A stretch of 51,343 nucleotides of DNA from Verrucomicrobiota bacterium (GTDB lineage: Bacteria > Verrucomicrobiota > Verrucomicrobiia > Methylacidiphilales > Verrucolacustridaceae). Positions 29,143 to 38,632 of this stretch are shown piece by piece. Below the pieces are notes generated by a model. It was not told the DNA's origin. It ran no database searches and saw only the letters and a list, made by a program, of their open reading frames with translations. Where the stretch lies: contig VHDM01000001.1 in NCBI GenBank assembly GCA_016876055.1, positions 1 through 51,343 of the forward strand. The letters are read 5' to 3'. The position numbers and the translations under genes are program-made. The number at the start of each line of letters is the position of its first letter. The first letter of the stretch is position 1.

Positions 29143-30438
29143 TTAGCGGCCCAGTTCTTGGAGCAGGGCGATCTGTTTGGCAAACCCCGGGTAGCTGGTT
29201 TCGATGCAATCGGTGTCTTTCACCACGGTGCGGCCCTTGGCGAGCAGACCGAGGATGGCGCAGGACATGGCAATGCGGTGGTCGCCATGGCTTTCCACCT
29301 CGGCGCCCACGAGGGATCGCCCGCCTTCAATGGCCAGGCCATCCGGGCGCTCTTCGACCGGCACACCAAACAGCCGCAGGTTTTTGGCCATCACGGCCAA
29401 GCGATCACTCTCCTTGTGGCGCAGCTCTGCGGCGTCGCGGATTTCGGTAATCCCTTGGGCGAGAGCCGCCGCGGCGGCGAGAATGGGGATTTCGTCAATC
29501 AATGCGGGAATTTCCTTTCCGCCCACGCTGGTGGCGCGAAGTTTCTGGCCGCCCTCGACGTAGACGGTGCCCATCGGCTCCGGCAGGGGTTCCTCCACCT
29601 TTTCCACGATGCCGGCACCCATGCGCAGCAAGGCAGAGAGCAGGGCCGTGCGGGTGGGGTTGAGGCCGAGGCGGCGAAGGGTCAGGCGGGCACCGGGCAG
29701 GCCGGCGGCCAAGACGATCCAAAAGGCCCCTGAGGAAAAATCGCCAGGAACCTCCAGGTCGGTTCCTTCCAACCGCTGAGGGCCGTGCATGATGAGGTGG
29801 TTCTTTTCGCGGCGAAAGGTCGCGCCGAAGGCGGGTAGCAGACGCTCGGTATGGTCGCGGGAGAGGGAGGGTTCGGAAAAATCGGTTTTTCCTCTGGCGA
29901 AGAGGGCAGCAAGCAGGACACAGGACTTTACTTGCGCGCTGGCGACGTGGCTTCGGAACGTTGTCGCCTTGAGGGAGGACCCGCGGATGTTCAGGGGAGG
30001 ACGATCGTCCTTGCCTTCGCAGAGGATTTCCGCGCCGAACAACCGGAGTGGCTCGGTGATCCGGGCCATCGGCCGTCGGCTCAGGGAAGCGTCTCCAAAT
30101 AGTCGGGTGGTGAAAGGTTGGGCGGAGAGGATGCCGGCCAGCAGGCGCATGGTGGTGCCACTGTTGCCGCAGTCGATCGCTTCCGAGGGAGCGAGGAGTT
30201 GGCCGTTGCGGCCTTCTATGACCACCTCGTCCGGGGCGAGGCGATCGATGCGGGCGCCGAGGGCCTGGAAGGCGTGGAGGGTGGAGAGGCAATCCTCGCC
30301 GGGGAGAAAGCCGCGGATGCGGGTGGTGCCATGGGCAATTCCGCCGAACATCACCCCGCGGTGGGAGATGCTTTTGTCTCCGGGGACGGAAAATTCTGCC
30401 TGCAGTTTGTGGAGAGGGCGGATTTCCAGCTGGCTCAT
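29143..30438 (-). CDS. aroA: 3-phosphoshikimate 1-carboxyvinyltransferase
   Basis: PGDKSISHR, CGNSGTTMRL, SAQVKS, KESDR and GDHRIAM; ATG at 30438 overlaps the tyrA stop. Confidence 0.96.
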   Translation of the reverse strand: MSQLEIRPLHKLQAEFSVPGDKSISHRGVMFGGIAHGTTRIRGFLPGEDCLSTLHAFQALGARIDRLAPDEVVIEGRNGQLLAPSEAIDCGNSGTTMRLLAGILSAQPFTTRLFGDASLSRRPMARITEPLRLFGAEILCEGKDDRPPLNIRGSSLKATTFRSHVASAQVKSCVLLAALFARGKTDFSEPSLSRDHTERLLPAFGATFRREKNHLIMHGPQRLEGTDLEVPGDFSSGAFWIVLAAGLPGARLTLRRLGLNPTRTALLSALLRMGAGIVEKVEEPLPEPMGTVYVEGGQKLRATSVGGKEIPALIDEIPILAAAAALAQGITEIRDAAELRHKESDRLAVMAKNLRLFGVPVEERPDGLAIEGGRSLVGAEVESHGDHRIAMSCAILGLLAKGRTVVKDTDCIETSYPGFAKQIALLQELGR

Positions 30439-31277
30439 GGACTGGGAAGAGTGCGCCGGATTTCCGCGGCTTCTTCCAAAAATTTTGTGAGGGTCGCCGC
30501 GTCCTGGTTGGCCAGCGCTTTCTCCAGTTTCTGCAATCCCGTGCGGAACTCCGCGAGGCTGGCCAGAACCTCCCGGCGGTTGCCAAGAAGGATTTCCGCC
30601 CACATGGCGGCGGGACCGGCGGCGACGCGGGTGGTGTCGCGGTAGCCGGAGCCAGCCAAGGGCAGGGCAGCCAGGCCGGCGGCGCGGACGAGGGTGGCGG
30701 CCAACGCGTGGGGAAGGTGGCTGATGCGGGAGACCAGGCGGTCGTGTTCCTCCACGGCGAGTTCGACCACCCGGCCGCCCAGGGATTTCCAAAATCCGGC
30801 TGCGTCGTGGATGGTTGGGGCGGGGGTGGAGGAGGTGGGGGTGAGGATGATGGTGGCCTTCTGAAAGAGGTCGGCGCGGGCGGCGGCGAAGCCGGAATCC
30901 TCCGAGCCGGCCATCGGGTGAGAGCCAATCCAGCGGGCGCGCCCCTGGAGAAGCGGAGCCACGTCCTTTTCCACGGGGGCTTTGACGCTGGCGACATCAG
31001 TGACAAGGGTGTGGGTGGAGAGGTGCGGAAGCAGGGAACGGACCAGTGAGGACAGCGCGGAGGCCGGTGCGCCGAGCAGGACCAGGTCGGATCCGGCGAC
31101 GGCAGACCAATCCGTGCCCACTTTGGCCTTGGGCAAGGCTTGGTGAATGGGGGCGAGGGACTCTTTCCGGCGGGACCAAATCACCAACTCCGCTTTCGGA
31201 AAGGCTTGGGTGGCGGCCAGAGCGACGGAACCCCCGAGCAGGCCCGGGGCCAGAATGGAAATCTTGGCCGGTTTCAT
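30435..31277 (-). CDS. tyrA: Prephenate/arogenate dehydrogenase
   Basis: GLLGGS, TDVASVK, HPMAGSE, ISHLPH and RDTTRVA. Confidence 0.92.
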   Translation of the reverse strand: MKPAKISILAPGLLGGSVALAATQAFPKAELVIWSRRKESLAPIHQALPKAKVGTDWSAVAGSDLVLLGAPASALSSLVRSLLPHLSTHTLVTDVASVKAPVEKDVAPLLQGRARWIGSHPMAGSEDSGFAAARADLFQKATIILTPTSSTPAPTIHDAAGFWKSLGGRVVELAVEEHDRLVSRISHLPHALAATLVRAAGLAALPLAGSGYRDTTRVAAGPAAMWAEILLGNRREVLASLAEFRTGLQKLEKALANQDAATLTKFLEEAAEIRRTLPSP

Positions 31278-32371
31278 GAACCGGCGGGCAGGGTGCCGGG
31301 CAAGGCTTCCTCGAGCCGGGCCATTTGTTCCGGGGTGCCAATGGAAATGCGGATCCAGCCAGGCAACCGGTAACTGCGCAATGGACGGACGATGAGGCCG
31401 CGTTTTTGCAAGTTGCGGAACACGGCGTCCCCGTCGCCGACCTCGACCATGACGAAGTTGGCGGTGCCGGGCACAAAGCGGAGGCCAAGCTCTTTGAGAA
31501 ACGAGTGGAGCCTTGCCAGACCGTGGTGGGTGAGGGCAACGGTCTTGCGGATGTGCTCGGTGTCGGCCAAGGCGGCGAGGGCGGCGGACTGGGCGGGCGA
31601 GGAGGTGTTGAAGGGCTGGCGGGATTTTTGCAGGACGGCGGCAATGTCCGGGCGGGCGAGGCCGTAGCCGATGCGCAGTCCGGCGAGGCCCTGGACTTTG
31701 GAAAAGGTACGGAGCACAACCACGGGGCGACCTTCCTGGACCCAGCGAACGGACGGCGGGGGATCGGGGAGGAATTCATAATAGGCCTCGTCAAGAATGA
31801 GCAGAGGTCCGGCGGGGAACTTCTCGACAAAAGCGGCGAGTTCCGCGTTGGGGATTCGGGTCCCCGTGGGGTTGTTGGGCGAAGCCAGGAAGACGAGGCG
31901 CACCTCGGCAGGGAGGCGGGCGACGAATCCGGCAAGGTCGTGGTGGTAATCGCGATCCGGCACCTCCTCGAAAGGGACGCCGAAAAGTTTCGCCATGAGA
32001 CCGTAAACGGCAAAGGCATAGGCCGAAGCCAATACCTTGCCCTCCCCTGGCCGGGTGAAGGCGTGATAGCAGAACTCAATGATTTCGTTGGAGCCGCAAC
32101 CCAGGACGACGTGATCCCGGGTGAGGCCGTGGAGCTTGGCAATGGCGTCGCGCAGGGCAAGGCCACCGCCGTCTGGATAAAGGTGGGTGTGGGCAAGACC
32201 GTTGCGGATGGCCTCGAGGGCGGAGGGGGAAGGGCCGAGTGGATTTTCGTTGGAGGCAAGTTTGGCGATCTGGGAAGGATCGAGGCCGTGCTCACGGGCC
32301 ACGTCCGCGATGGGCCGACCGGGCTCGTAGGGGACGAGATTTTCCAGGTAGGAGTTGGGTCGAGGAGTCAT
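31274..32371 (-). CDS. hisC: Histidinol-phosphate aminotransferase
   Basis: KLASNENP, SPNNPTG, DEAY and RTFSK..GLAGLRIGY. Confidence 0.94.
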   Translation of the reverse strand: MTPRPNSYLENLVPYEPGRPIADVAREHGLDPSQIAKLASNENPLGPSPSALEAIRNGLAHTHLYPDGGGLALRDAIAKLHGLTRDHVVLGCGSNEIIEFCYHAFTRPGEGKVLASAYAFAVYGLMAKLFGVPFEEVPDRDYHHDLAGFVARLPAEVRLVFLASPNNPTGTRIPNAELAAFVEKFPAGPLLILDEAYYEFLPDPPPSVRWVQEGRPVVVLRTFSKVQGLAGLRIGYGLARPDIAAVLQKSRQPFNTSSPAQSAALAALADTEHIRKTVALTHHGLARLHSFLKELGLRFVPGTANFVMVEVGDGDAVFRNLQKRGLIVRPLRSYRLPGWIRISIGTPEQMARLEEALPGTLPAGS

Positions 32372-32416
32372 GGGATCAATTTCAAGAGGGGATTGCATGC
32401 AGACTGGAGCAAGGCG

Positions 32417-32797
32417 TCAAGGACGCCAAGGAACGGACAAGGTTTGGCGGGAGCGAAAGCGGTCGAGGGCGCGGCGGAGTTGGGGATCGCGGGCGGCGAG
32501 GCAGGCGGCGGCAAAGAGGGCAGCGTTAACCTGACCGGCTTGACCGGCGGCGAAAAAGGGACCCGCAGCCGTTTTGCTCAGTTTACGGAAAAGGGCCAAA
32601 GTACGGGCAGGGGTAGTGGCCTTGGGAACAAGGAGCGGAGCCGGTTTGCCCGACGGTCCCGCTTTCCCGGGCTGGGGGGAAGATGCGCTGGCGATGGTAA
32701 GGGAGCCGTCGGCGGTGATGCGCAGGCCGAGACGGCGCAGGGTGCGGGCGGTCTCGGGCAAAGCGCGCGGGGAAAGGAGTTGAACGGAACCAGCCAT
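32417..32797 (-). CDS. Degenerate PurE (AIR carboxylase)-like protein
   Basis: C-terminal GQAGQVNAALFAAACLAARDPQLRRALDRFRSRQT resembles the PurE C-terminus; N-terminal catalytic motifs are absent. Confidence 0.55.
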   Translation of the reverse strand: MAGSVQLLSPRALPETARTLRRLGLRITADGSLTIASASSPQPGKAGPSGKPAPLLVPKATTPARTLALFRKLSKTAAGPFFAAGQAGQVNAALFAAACLAARDPQLRRALDRFRSRQTLSVPWRP

Positions 32798-32831
32798 AGT
32801 TTTCCAGCCTAGCGGAAAACCGGCCCCCGCC

Positions 32832-33617
32832 TCAACTGGAAGCACTCTGGTAGCGGCGGAGTCCTAAACGGAAAAAGAGGGTGGAAGCGATGGCCACCCC
32901 GAGCCCCGAAAGCAGGAAAAGAAAGATCGGACCGGGATCGAGTCCGCGGATGAGGGTGGAGGCGGGCACATTGGCCACGAGCAAAAGAGGAATGGCGAAG
33001 GTAAAAAAGATCCGAAACCAGCCGGCGGCGGCTTCCCGCGGAATCCGGGCCACGTGGAAGATGGTATAGTAGCCGAGCAAGACGGACTCGGCCTGGATGA
33101 TCCAGAAGGTGAGGGAGACGAGTCCCATCAGGATGGCGTAGTGGACGAGGAGGCCGGCAACGATCAAGCCAAGGTAGGCCGCCAGTGCCAAGGCGGAGGG
33201 ATGGAGGCCAAGGGCATAAACCGAACCGGCCAGAACCACGGCGGCGATCGAGCCATTGGCAAGCGGACCGATCTCCAGATGGGAGGTGCTGACCAGGAAG
33301 GCGGGCGGGGCGGGTTTGAGCAGGATGAAATCGAGTTTGCCGGTACGAACCAGTTCCGGAAGCTTGCTCAAGCCGGGCATAAGAAAAGCGGTGAAGATCT
33401 GCATGACCAACTGGTTGGTGGCGACAAGGATGATCATTTGGTCCCGGTTCCATCCCGCCACCTCGTCGACGTGATGATAAATGACCCCGATGAAGGCGAG
33501 TTGAATGATGAACCAGGCCAGTTCCACAGCGACCCAGACAAAAAAGCTGGCCCGAAACATCAGTTCACGGGTGGCGGCATAGCGGACTTGGAGGAGCCAA
33601 AGGCGAAGAAGTTTCAT
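32832..33617 (-). CDS. ABC-2 family permease (DUF990)
   Basis: FRASF, VAGW, VRTGKLDFILLKP and GLRRYQSASS. Confidence 0.88.
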   Translation of the reverse strand: MKLLRLWLLQVRYAATRELMFRASFFVWVAVELAWFIIQLAFIGVIYHHVDEVAGWNRDQMIILVATNQLVMQIFTAFLMPGLSKLPELVRTGKLDFILLKPAPPAFLVSTSHLEIGPLANGSIAAVVLAGSVYALGLHPSALALAAYLGLIVAGLLVHYAILMGLVSLTFWIIQAESVLLGYYTIFHVARIPREAAAGWFRIFFTFAIPLLLVANVPASTLIRGLDPGPIFLFLLSGLGVAIASTLFFRLGLRRYQSASS

Positions 33618-34427
33618 TTAGCCTCCGGCGGCGGTGTAACGGCGTAGGCCGGCCTTCCAGATAAAATGAGCCAACACCAAAAAGAAAATGGCCCAGCCGT
33701 ATTGCAGGCCCAGGCCCACTCTCCATGCCTCGTCGGTCAGGTGGCCGCAGAGGGCGGCGGTGGGGAACCAGTACTCGTAGGCGAAGGGGAGCAGGCGGAC
33801 GACGGCGAAGATCGGTGCCGGCAGGAGATCCAGCGGGAAGACATGGCCGCCGGCAAGGTACTCCAGCGCGTAAATGAGAAAAATGAGGGCACTGACCTCC
33901 AGCAACCAAAAGGCGCAGAGGGAAAGACAGAGGGTCATGCTGAATTGCAGCAAGGCGGAGCCCAGCAGGGCGGGCAGACCGTGGACCAGGTGGAGGGACC
34001 CGAGATCCAAATCGACCACCCGGGAAAGAATGAAAAGGCAGAGTGAAACGGGAAGGAGGGCGGCGACAAAGTAAGCGCAGCGTCCGGCGGCAAAGAGGGT
34101 CGCGCGGTAAAGGCCGTAGGGCAAAGGGCGGAGCAGGATGGGGTTCAGGGCTCCTTCGCGGATTTCGGTGGCGATCTGGAAATCATCGTCGGACGGCTGG
34201 GAAACGGCCTCCACCACGAGAAGCACGGCGTAGTAGGTAAGAATACCGGCGAAAGTGTAATTTCCGACCGTCGCACGGTCGCCAAAGACCGCCCCCCAAA
34301 ACACGAACGACACGAGCAGAGGCAGGGCGCTGAATGCGGCCCGCAAAAAGTAGTTCCAGCGGTAGGTGAGCTGGCGTTGCAGACCGACAGAAAAGACGGC
34401 CGGAAGAGCGCGGAGCGAGGCGGTCAA
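33618..34427 (-). CDS. ABC-2 family permease (DUF990)
   Basis: YRWN, EIREGALNPILLRP, FPLDLLP and GLRRYTAAGG. Confidence 0.88.
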   Translation of the reverse strand: MTASLRALPAVFSVGLQRQLTYRWNYFLRAAFSALPLLVSFVFWGAVFGDRATVGNYTFAGILTYYAVLLVVEAVSQPSDDDFQIATEIREGALNPILLRPLPYGLYRATLFAAGRCAYFVAALLPVSLCLFILSRVVDLDLGSLHLVHGLPALLGSALLQFSMTLCLSLCAFWLLEVSALIFLIYALEYLAGGHVFPLDLLPAPIFAVVRLLPFAYEYWFPTAALCGHLTDEAWRVGLGLQYGWAIFFLVLAHFIWKAGLRRYTAAGG

Positions 34428-35797
34428 CGCTTTCGCCGGAGGTGGGTAGGAAGAATCCCAAGCTCGAGTCGGTATTTGGCGATGGTGCGGCGAGCGACGG
34501 GAATGCCACGCTCTTTGAGAAGCTCCTCCAGGGTGGCATCGGAGTAGGGCTTTTCAGGATTCTCGCGGCCGACGATCTCCGCGAGAATTTCCTTGGCGCT
34601 GGTGTTGGCCACCGCGGGTCCCTGGCCACTTTCGCCCCCGACGGCGGTGGCGAAAAAGAAACGCAGTGGGACCACCCCGAAGGGTGTCCGAACGTATTTA
34701 TTGGCGACGGCCCGGCTGACGGTGGTTTCGTGGACGCCAATCTCGGCGGCGGCGTCGGTCATGGTCAGGGGGCGCAAGGCGGCGGGGCCTTTTTCAAAGT
34801 AGGCGGCCTGCCGCCGGCCGATCACCGCGAGGAGTTTTTGCAGGGTTTGCTGCCGGCGCTCGAGGGCCTGGAGCAGAAAGCGGGCGGATCGAATCCGCTC
34901 TTTGAGATAGGTGCGGGTTTGTTCGTCCGCGGAGCCGTCACCCAGCAAGTCTTTGTAAAGGTCACTGATGCGGAGGCGGGGAAGAAGATCACTTTCCAGC
35001 TGGGGAAGCCAGTGATCCCCGTCGCGGACAAAAGAGGCTTCCGGGCGGACAACGAGGTCGGGGCGGTCGGGGGCGAAGGCGGCGCCAGGGCGGGGCGAGA
35101 GCTTGGCGATGGCTTCGGAGGCGGCGAGGACGGAGTCCACCGGGACGGAAAGCCGCGCGGCGATATCGGTGAACTTGCGTTTGCCAAGCAGTTCGAAGTG
35201 TTCCCGAACGATGCGGGCTTCCAAGGAGTCGTCCCGGCCGCGGGCATGGAGCTGGAGGAGCAGGGCTTCGGGGAGGGTGCGGGCGCCAATGCCGGGCGGG
35301 TGGAAGGACTGAACCAAGGTGAGCGCCTGGGTGGCGGTCTCCCCGGAAATTTGAGCAGCCCGGGCAATGTCCCCCAAGTCCGTGCGCAGGAAGCCCTCCT
35401 CATCCAGATTTCCGATAATTTCGCTGGCGGCGGCGCGCAGGTCCGGGGAAGTGGTGGTGAAGGCGAGCTGAGATTCGAGGTGCTCGGACAGGGATTCGGG
35501 GCGAATGGTGGATTCGAGGATGGCCTGTTTGGGATCGAGCTTGGCGCGATCGGATCGATGGGAAGTGATGGGCCAGTCCGCATCAGCTTCGGGCGAGTCC
35601 GTTTCCTCTGATTCCGGTGGGGTGGCCTCGGTCAACTCGGCGGGAGGCTCCTCCTCCAAGACGGGGTTGGTTTGAAGCTCGGTTTGGAGAAGGTTTTGCA
35701 GTTCGAGGGCAGGGGTCTGCAACAGCTGAAGGGATTGCTGGACCTGGGGCGAGATGGTGGTGGTCTGACGCAGGCCGGTTTGAAGGGAAATCGACAT
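34424..35797 (-). CDS. rpoN: RNA polymerase sigma-54 factor
   Basis: Q/L-rich region I, NPVLE, HETTVSRA and RpoN box ARRTIAKYR. Confidence 0.96.
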   Translation of the reverse strand: MSISLQTGLRQTTTISPQVQQSLQLLQTPALELQNLLQTELQTNPVLEEEPPAELTEATPPESEETDSPEADADWPITSHRSDRAKLDPKQAILESTIRPESLSEHLESQLAFTTTSPDLRAAASEIIGNLDEEGFLRTDLGDIARAAQISGETATQALTLVQSFHPPGIGARTLPEALLLQLHARGRDDSLEARIVREHFELLGKRKFTDIAARLSVPVDSVLAASEAIAKLSPRPGAAFAPDRPDLVVRPEASFVRDGDHWLPQLESDLLPRLRISDLYKDLLGDGSADEQTRTYLKERIRSARFLLQALERRQQTLQKLLAVIGRRQAAYFEKGPAALRPLTMTDAAAEIGVHETTVSRAVANKYVRTPFGVVPLRFFFATAVGGESGQGPAVANTSAKEILAEIVGRENPEKPYSDATLEELLKERGIPVARRTIAKYRLELGILPTHLRRKR

Positions 35798-35846
35798 AGG
35801 GAGGATTTTGGGATTGGGGTCGGCCTGAAAAAAGGCAAAAGACACC

Positions 35847-36641
35847 ATGGCCGAAGTGATTCTGACGGTATTGGGCAGCGGGAGCCGCGGGAACGCCTTG
35901 CATCTCGAGTACGGCGGGCGGGCGATCCTGGTGGACGCGGGGCTGAGCGCAAAGCAGTTGGAGGGACGCTTGGAGCAGGTGGAGGCGGTTCAGGCAGATT
36001 TGCTGGGGGTGATCCTGACCCACGAGCACGCGGATCACACCTCCGGTCTCAAGACGTTCCTCAAAAAAAGAAAAATCCCGGTGTACGCATCCCATGGAAC
36101 CAAAGAGGCGCTGGAGCCCCTCTTGGCCACGGTGGTGTGGAAATCCTTTGAGGCAGGCGCCGAGCTGGTGGTGGGGGATTTCCAAATCGAGACATTCCCG
36201 GTGCCGCATGATGCGGCCGAGCCGATCGGCATGAGGGTGACGGTCGGCAAGATCAGGATCGGATTAATTTCTGATCTGGGTTTCGTGACGAAGTTGGTGG
36301 TGGAGAGACTGAAGGGCTGCCATGCGCTGGTTTTGGAATCGAATTACGACGAGGGGATGTTGCGGAAGGAGGAAAAAAGGCCGTGGTCGGTAAAACAGCG
36401 GATTTCGGCCCGGCACGGGCATTTATCCAACGGGGCGGCGGCGCAGTTGGTGGAGGCGGTGGCCGGTCCGGAGTTGCGGGAAGTTTTTCTGGGGCATATC
36501 AGCGAGGATTGCAACCGGCCGGAGTTGGCCCGCCAAGCGATGGAAAAGGCGTTACGGAACGCGGGTCGAACGGGAGTGCGCATCCACGAGACCTCCGCGC
36601 ACCGGGCGGGGGAAAGGGTGGGGATTGCTGCGGGGGAATAG
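35847..36641 (+). CDS. MBL-fold metallo-hydrolase (YycJ/WalJ-like)
   Basis: LGSGSRGN, THEHADH, VPHDA, LESNYD and GHLSN. Confidence 0.9.
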   Translation: MAEVILTVLGSGSRGNALHLEYGGRAILVDAGLSAKQLEGRLEQVEAVQADLLGVILTHEHADHTSGLKTFLKKRKIPVYASHGTKEALEPLLATVVWKSFEAGAELVVGDFQIETFPVPHDAAEPIGMRVTVGKIRIGLISDLGFVTKLVVERLKGCHALVLESNYDEGMLRKEEKRPWSVKQRISARHGHLSNGAAAQLVEAVAGPELREVFLGHISEDCNRPELARQAMEKALRNAGRTGVRIHETSAHRAGERVGIAAGE

Positions 36642-36680
36642 GATTGATTTAAGGGTGGGGGCGGAGGATGATTTTTCGAC

Positions 36681-36756
<76 letters not shown>

Positions 36757-36772
36757 ACTCCTTTTAAACTTG

Positions 36773-38620
36773 ATGAACTTTCTCTGGGGCAATTCGGTCG
36801 CGCTCTCCTGGATGTGGGGACTGGGGCTGTTTTTCAGTGTCCAGTTCTCCCTGCAGTACGGCCTTTTCGGGCTCCTGACCTTTGCGATTCCCAACGCGCT
36901 GGGTTTGATGGTATTCGGCGGGCTGACCCAGTTGATTGCCAAGCGGGCCGGAAACGGGCCGGATGCGCTGGGTTCATTTTTTGCGAACTGGTCCCGGCCT
37001 TACCGATTCGTTTTCTTTCTTTATCAGGTGCTCGCGATCACTTTGACGGTCTTTGCCCTCATCCGGTACGGATGGCAGCCCTTGGGTTTGGAGCCGGCGG
37101 GCCTCTACCTGCTTTTGACGCTCCTGGTTACGCTGGCCGCGGCCACCTTGTTTGGGGAGGAGTTCGACATTCGCCGGATCAAGTTCAGTCACGGGGTCCT
37201 GGGTTTGAGCGCCTTGGTGGCGGCGGGCGTACTTTGGTTTCAATTGCCCTCGATAGGTAAGGGTCAACCGATCCTGGCCGGGGCCAATCCTTTCCTCGGG
37301 CTGAATTTCTGGGGCTACGCGATCCCCATTTGTGTGGGACTCACCCTGGGTCCTTGGCTGGATTTGCAGCAGTGGCAAAGAGCCATTCAGATCCAACGAG
37401 AGGGGAAGTCGCCCCTGCTCAGTTATCTGATCGGGGGATTCCTTTTTTTCCTTTTCCTGCTGGCCCATGGAACTTTGGCCCTTTGGGTGGCCGGTCAGAT
37501 GGGTGGGGCTTCCTTGCGGCAGGGGATCGACGGATTGGCCTATGGGCAGGATGAGATCACCCGTTTTCTGTGGGGCGTGGCCGCCCTGCATCCGTGGGCT
37601 TTCGGGGCCTACGCGGTGGCTTTGTTCATCATGACCCTGACCACGCTGGACAGCGGCTACATCGCCTTACGCTGGCATCTGAGCAAATCGGGCGGGGCGG
37701 GTCGGCCGTTCCCGCTGAGTTTGTTGCCGGAGGGGCTGCTGGCGTCGCCCGTGCCGGTGCTGGTGTTCTCGGGACTTTTCACTTTGGCCGCGGTGTATTT
37801 GCGGCTGGAGCTGGAATATTTCATGATTTTCTACGCCACGTTCTTTGTGGGGTATGCGGCCTTGGCGCTGGTGCGGGCCTTTCACACGGGACAAGGGAAC
37901 GCCCTGCCGCAAATCAAGATGTTCTGTGTGGGGAGCGTGGCGGTGGTGATCTTTGCCTACGGCTACTTCCTTTCCAACCCGTGGGGCATGATTTTCGGAT
38001 CCGTTTTACCGGTCGGCTATATCGGCTGGATGCTGCTGAAGCCGGGAGCCGGCCACGAGTTTGTAAAAGGGGTGGAGGAGTTAGAAGGAACCGCGGCCGG
38101 CCCCACGGGGCCGCTGGTGGTGCCGCCGGAGAAGGAAGAACGCGTGGAACCCGGGAGGGTGGTGCCGTTTCCCAAACAAGACGGCGGGATCACCACCGAT
38201 CTGTTCGGTCACTTTGAGGGCAAATGGTTTGTCCACTCGTTTGTGGCGACGTATGCGGACACCAATTCGGTGGGAAATGTCTATTTTGGAATGTATGCGA
38301 TGTGGGTGGGCAAGACCCGGGAGCTGTTCTTCAACCGCTGCCTGCCCAAGTTCAACCTCAAGACCACCCCCTACTACATTTTGACGCGCTCTTTTGAGCA
38401 CAAGTTTATGCGGGAGACGCGGGAGTTTGAGCGGGTGAGCGTAAAAATCAAAGTCGGGGAGTACAATCGGAAGTTTGTCACCTTGGAGCACGCCATCTTT
38501 GATTCGGCAGGCAACCAACTGGGCAAGGGCAAGCAGCAGCTGATTTTTGTCTCCTCGGGAGATTACAAACTCCTCGATATTCCTGACGAGGTCTACGAAG
38601 CGTTTGTGGCGTACGCCTAA
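36773..38620 (+). CDS. Solute-symporter-like polytopic membrane protein fused to a C-terminal hot-dog thioesterase
   Basis: About 12 hydrophobic segments (SWMWGLGLF, TLDSG), a Pro/Glu-rich linker, then DTNSVGNVYF...GKTRE thioesterase domain (about 38220-38620). Confidence 0.8.
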   Translation: MNFLWGNSVALSWMWGLGLFFSVQFSLQYGLFGLLTFAIPNALGLMVFGGLTQLIAKRAGNGPDALGSFFANWSRPYRFVFFLYQVLAITLTVFALIRYGWQPLGLEPAGLYLLLTLLVTLAAATLFGEEFDIRRIKFSHGVLGLSALVAAGVLWFQLPSIGKGQPILAGANPFLGLNFWGYAIPICVGLTLGPWLDLQQWQRAIQIQREGKSPLLSYLIGGFLFFLFLLAHGTLALWVAGQMGGASLRQGIDGLAYGQDEITRFLWGVAALHPWAFGAYAVALFIMTLTTLDSGYIALRWHLSKSGGAGRPFPLSLLPEGLLASPVPVLVFSGLFTLAAVYLRLELEYFMIFYATFFVGYAALALVRAFHTGQGNALPQIKMFCVGSVAVVIFAYGYFLSNPWGMIFGSVLPVGYIGWMLLKPGAGHEFVKGVEELEGTAAGPTGPLVVPPEKEERVEPGRVVPFPKQDGGITTDLFGHFEGKWFVHSFVATYADTNSVGNVYFGMYAMWVGKTRELFFNRCLPKFNLKTTPYYILTRSFEHKFMRETREFERVSVKIKVGEYNRKFVTLEHAIFDSAGNQLGKGKQQLIFVSSGDYKLLDIPDEVYEAFVAYA

Positions 38621-38632
38621 GCGCCGAGTGAT

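Noticed and set aside
30439-30792. N-terminal extension of aroA (549 aa in the track)
   Set aside because: It lies inside tyrA. AroA motifs begin just after ATG 30438.
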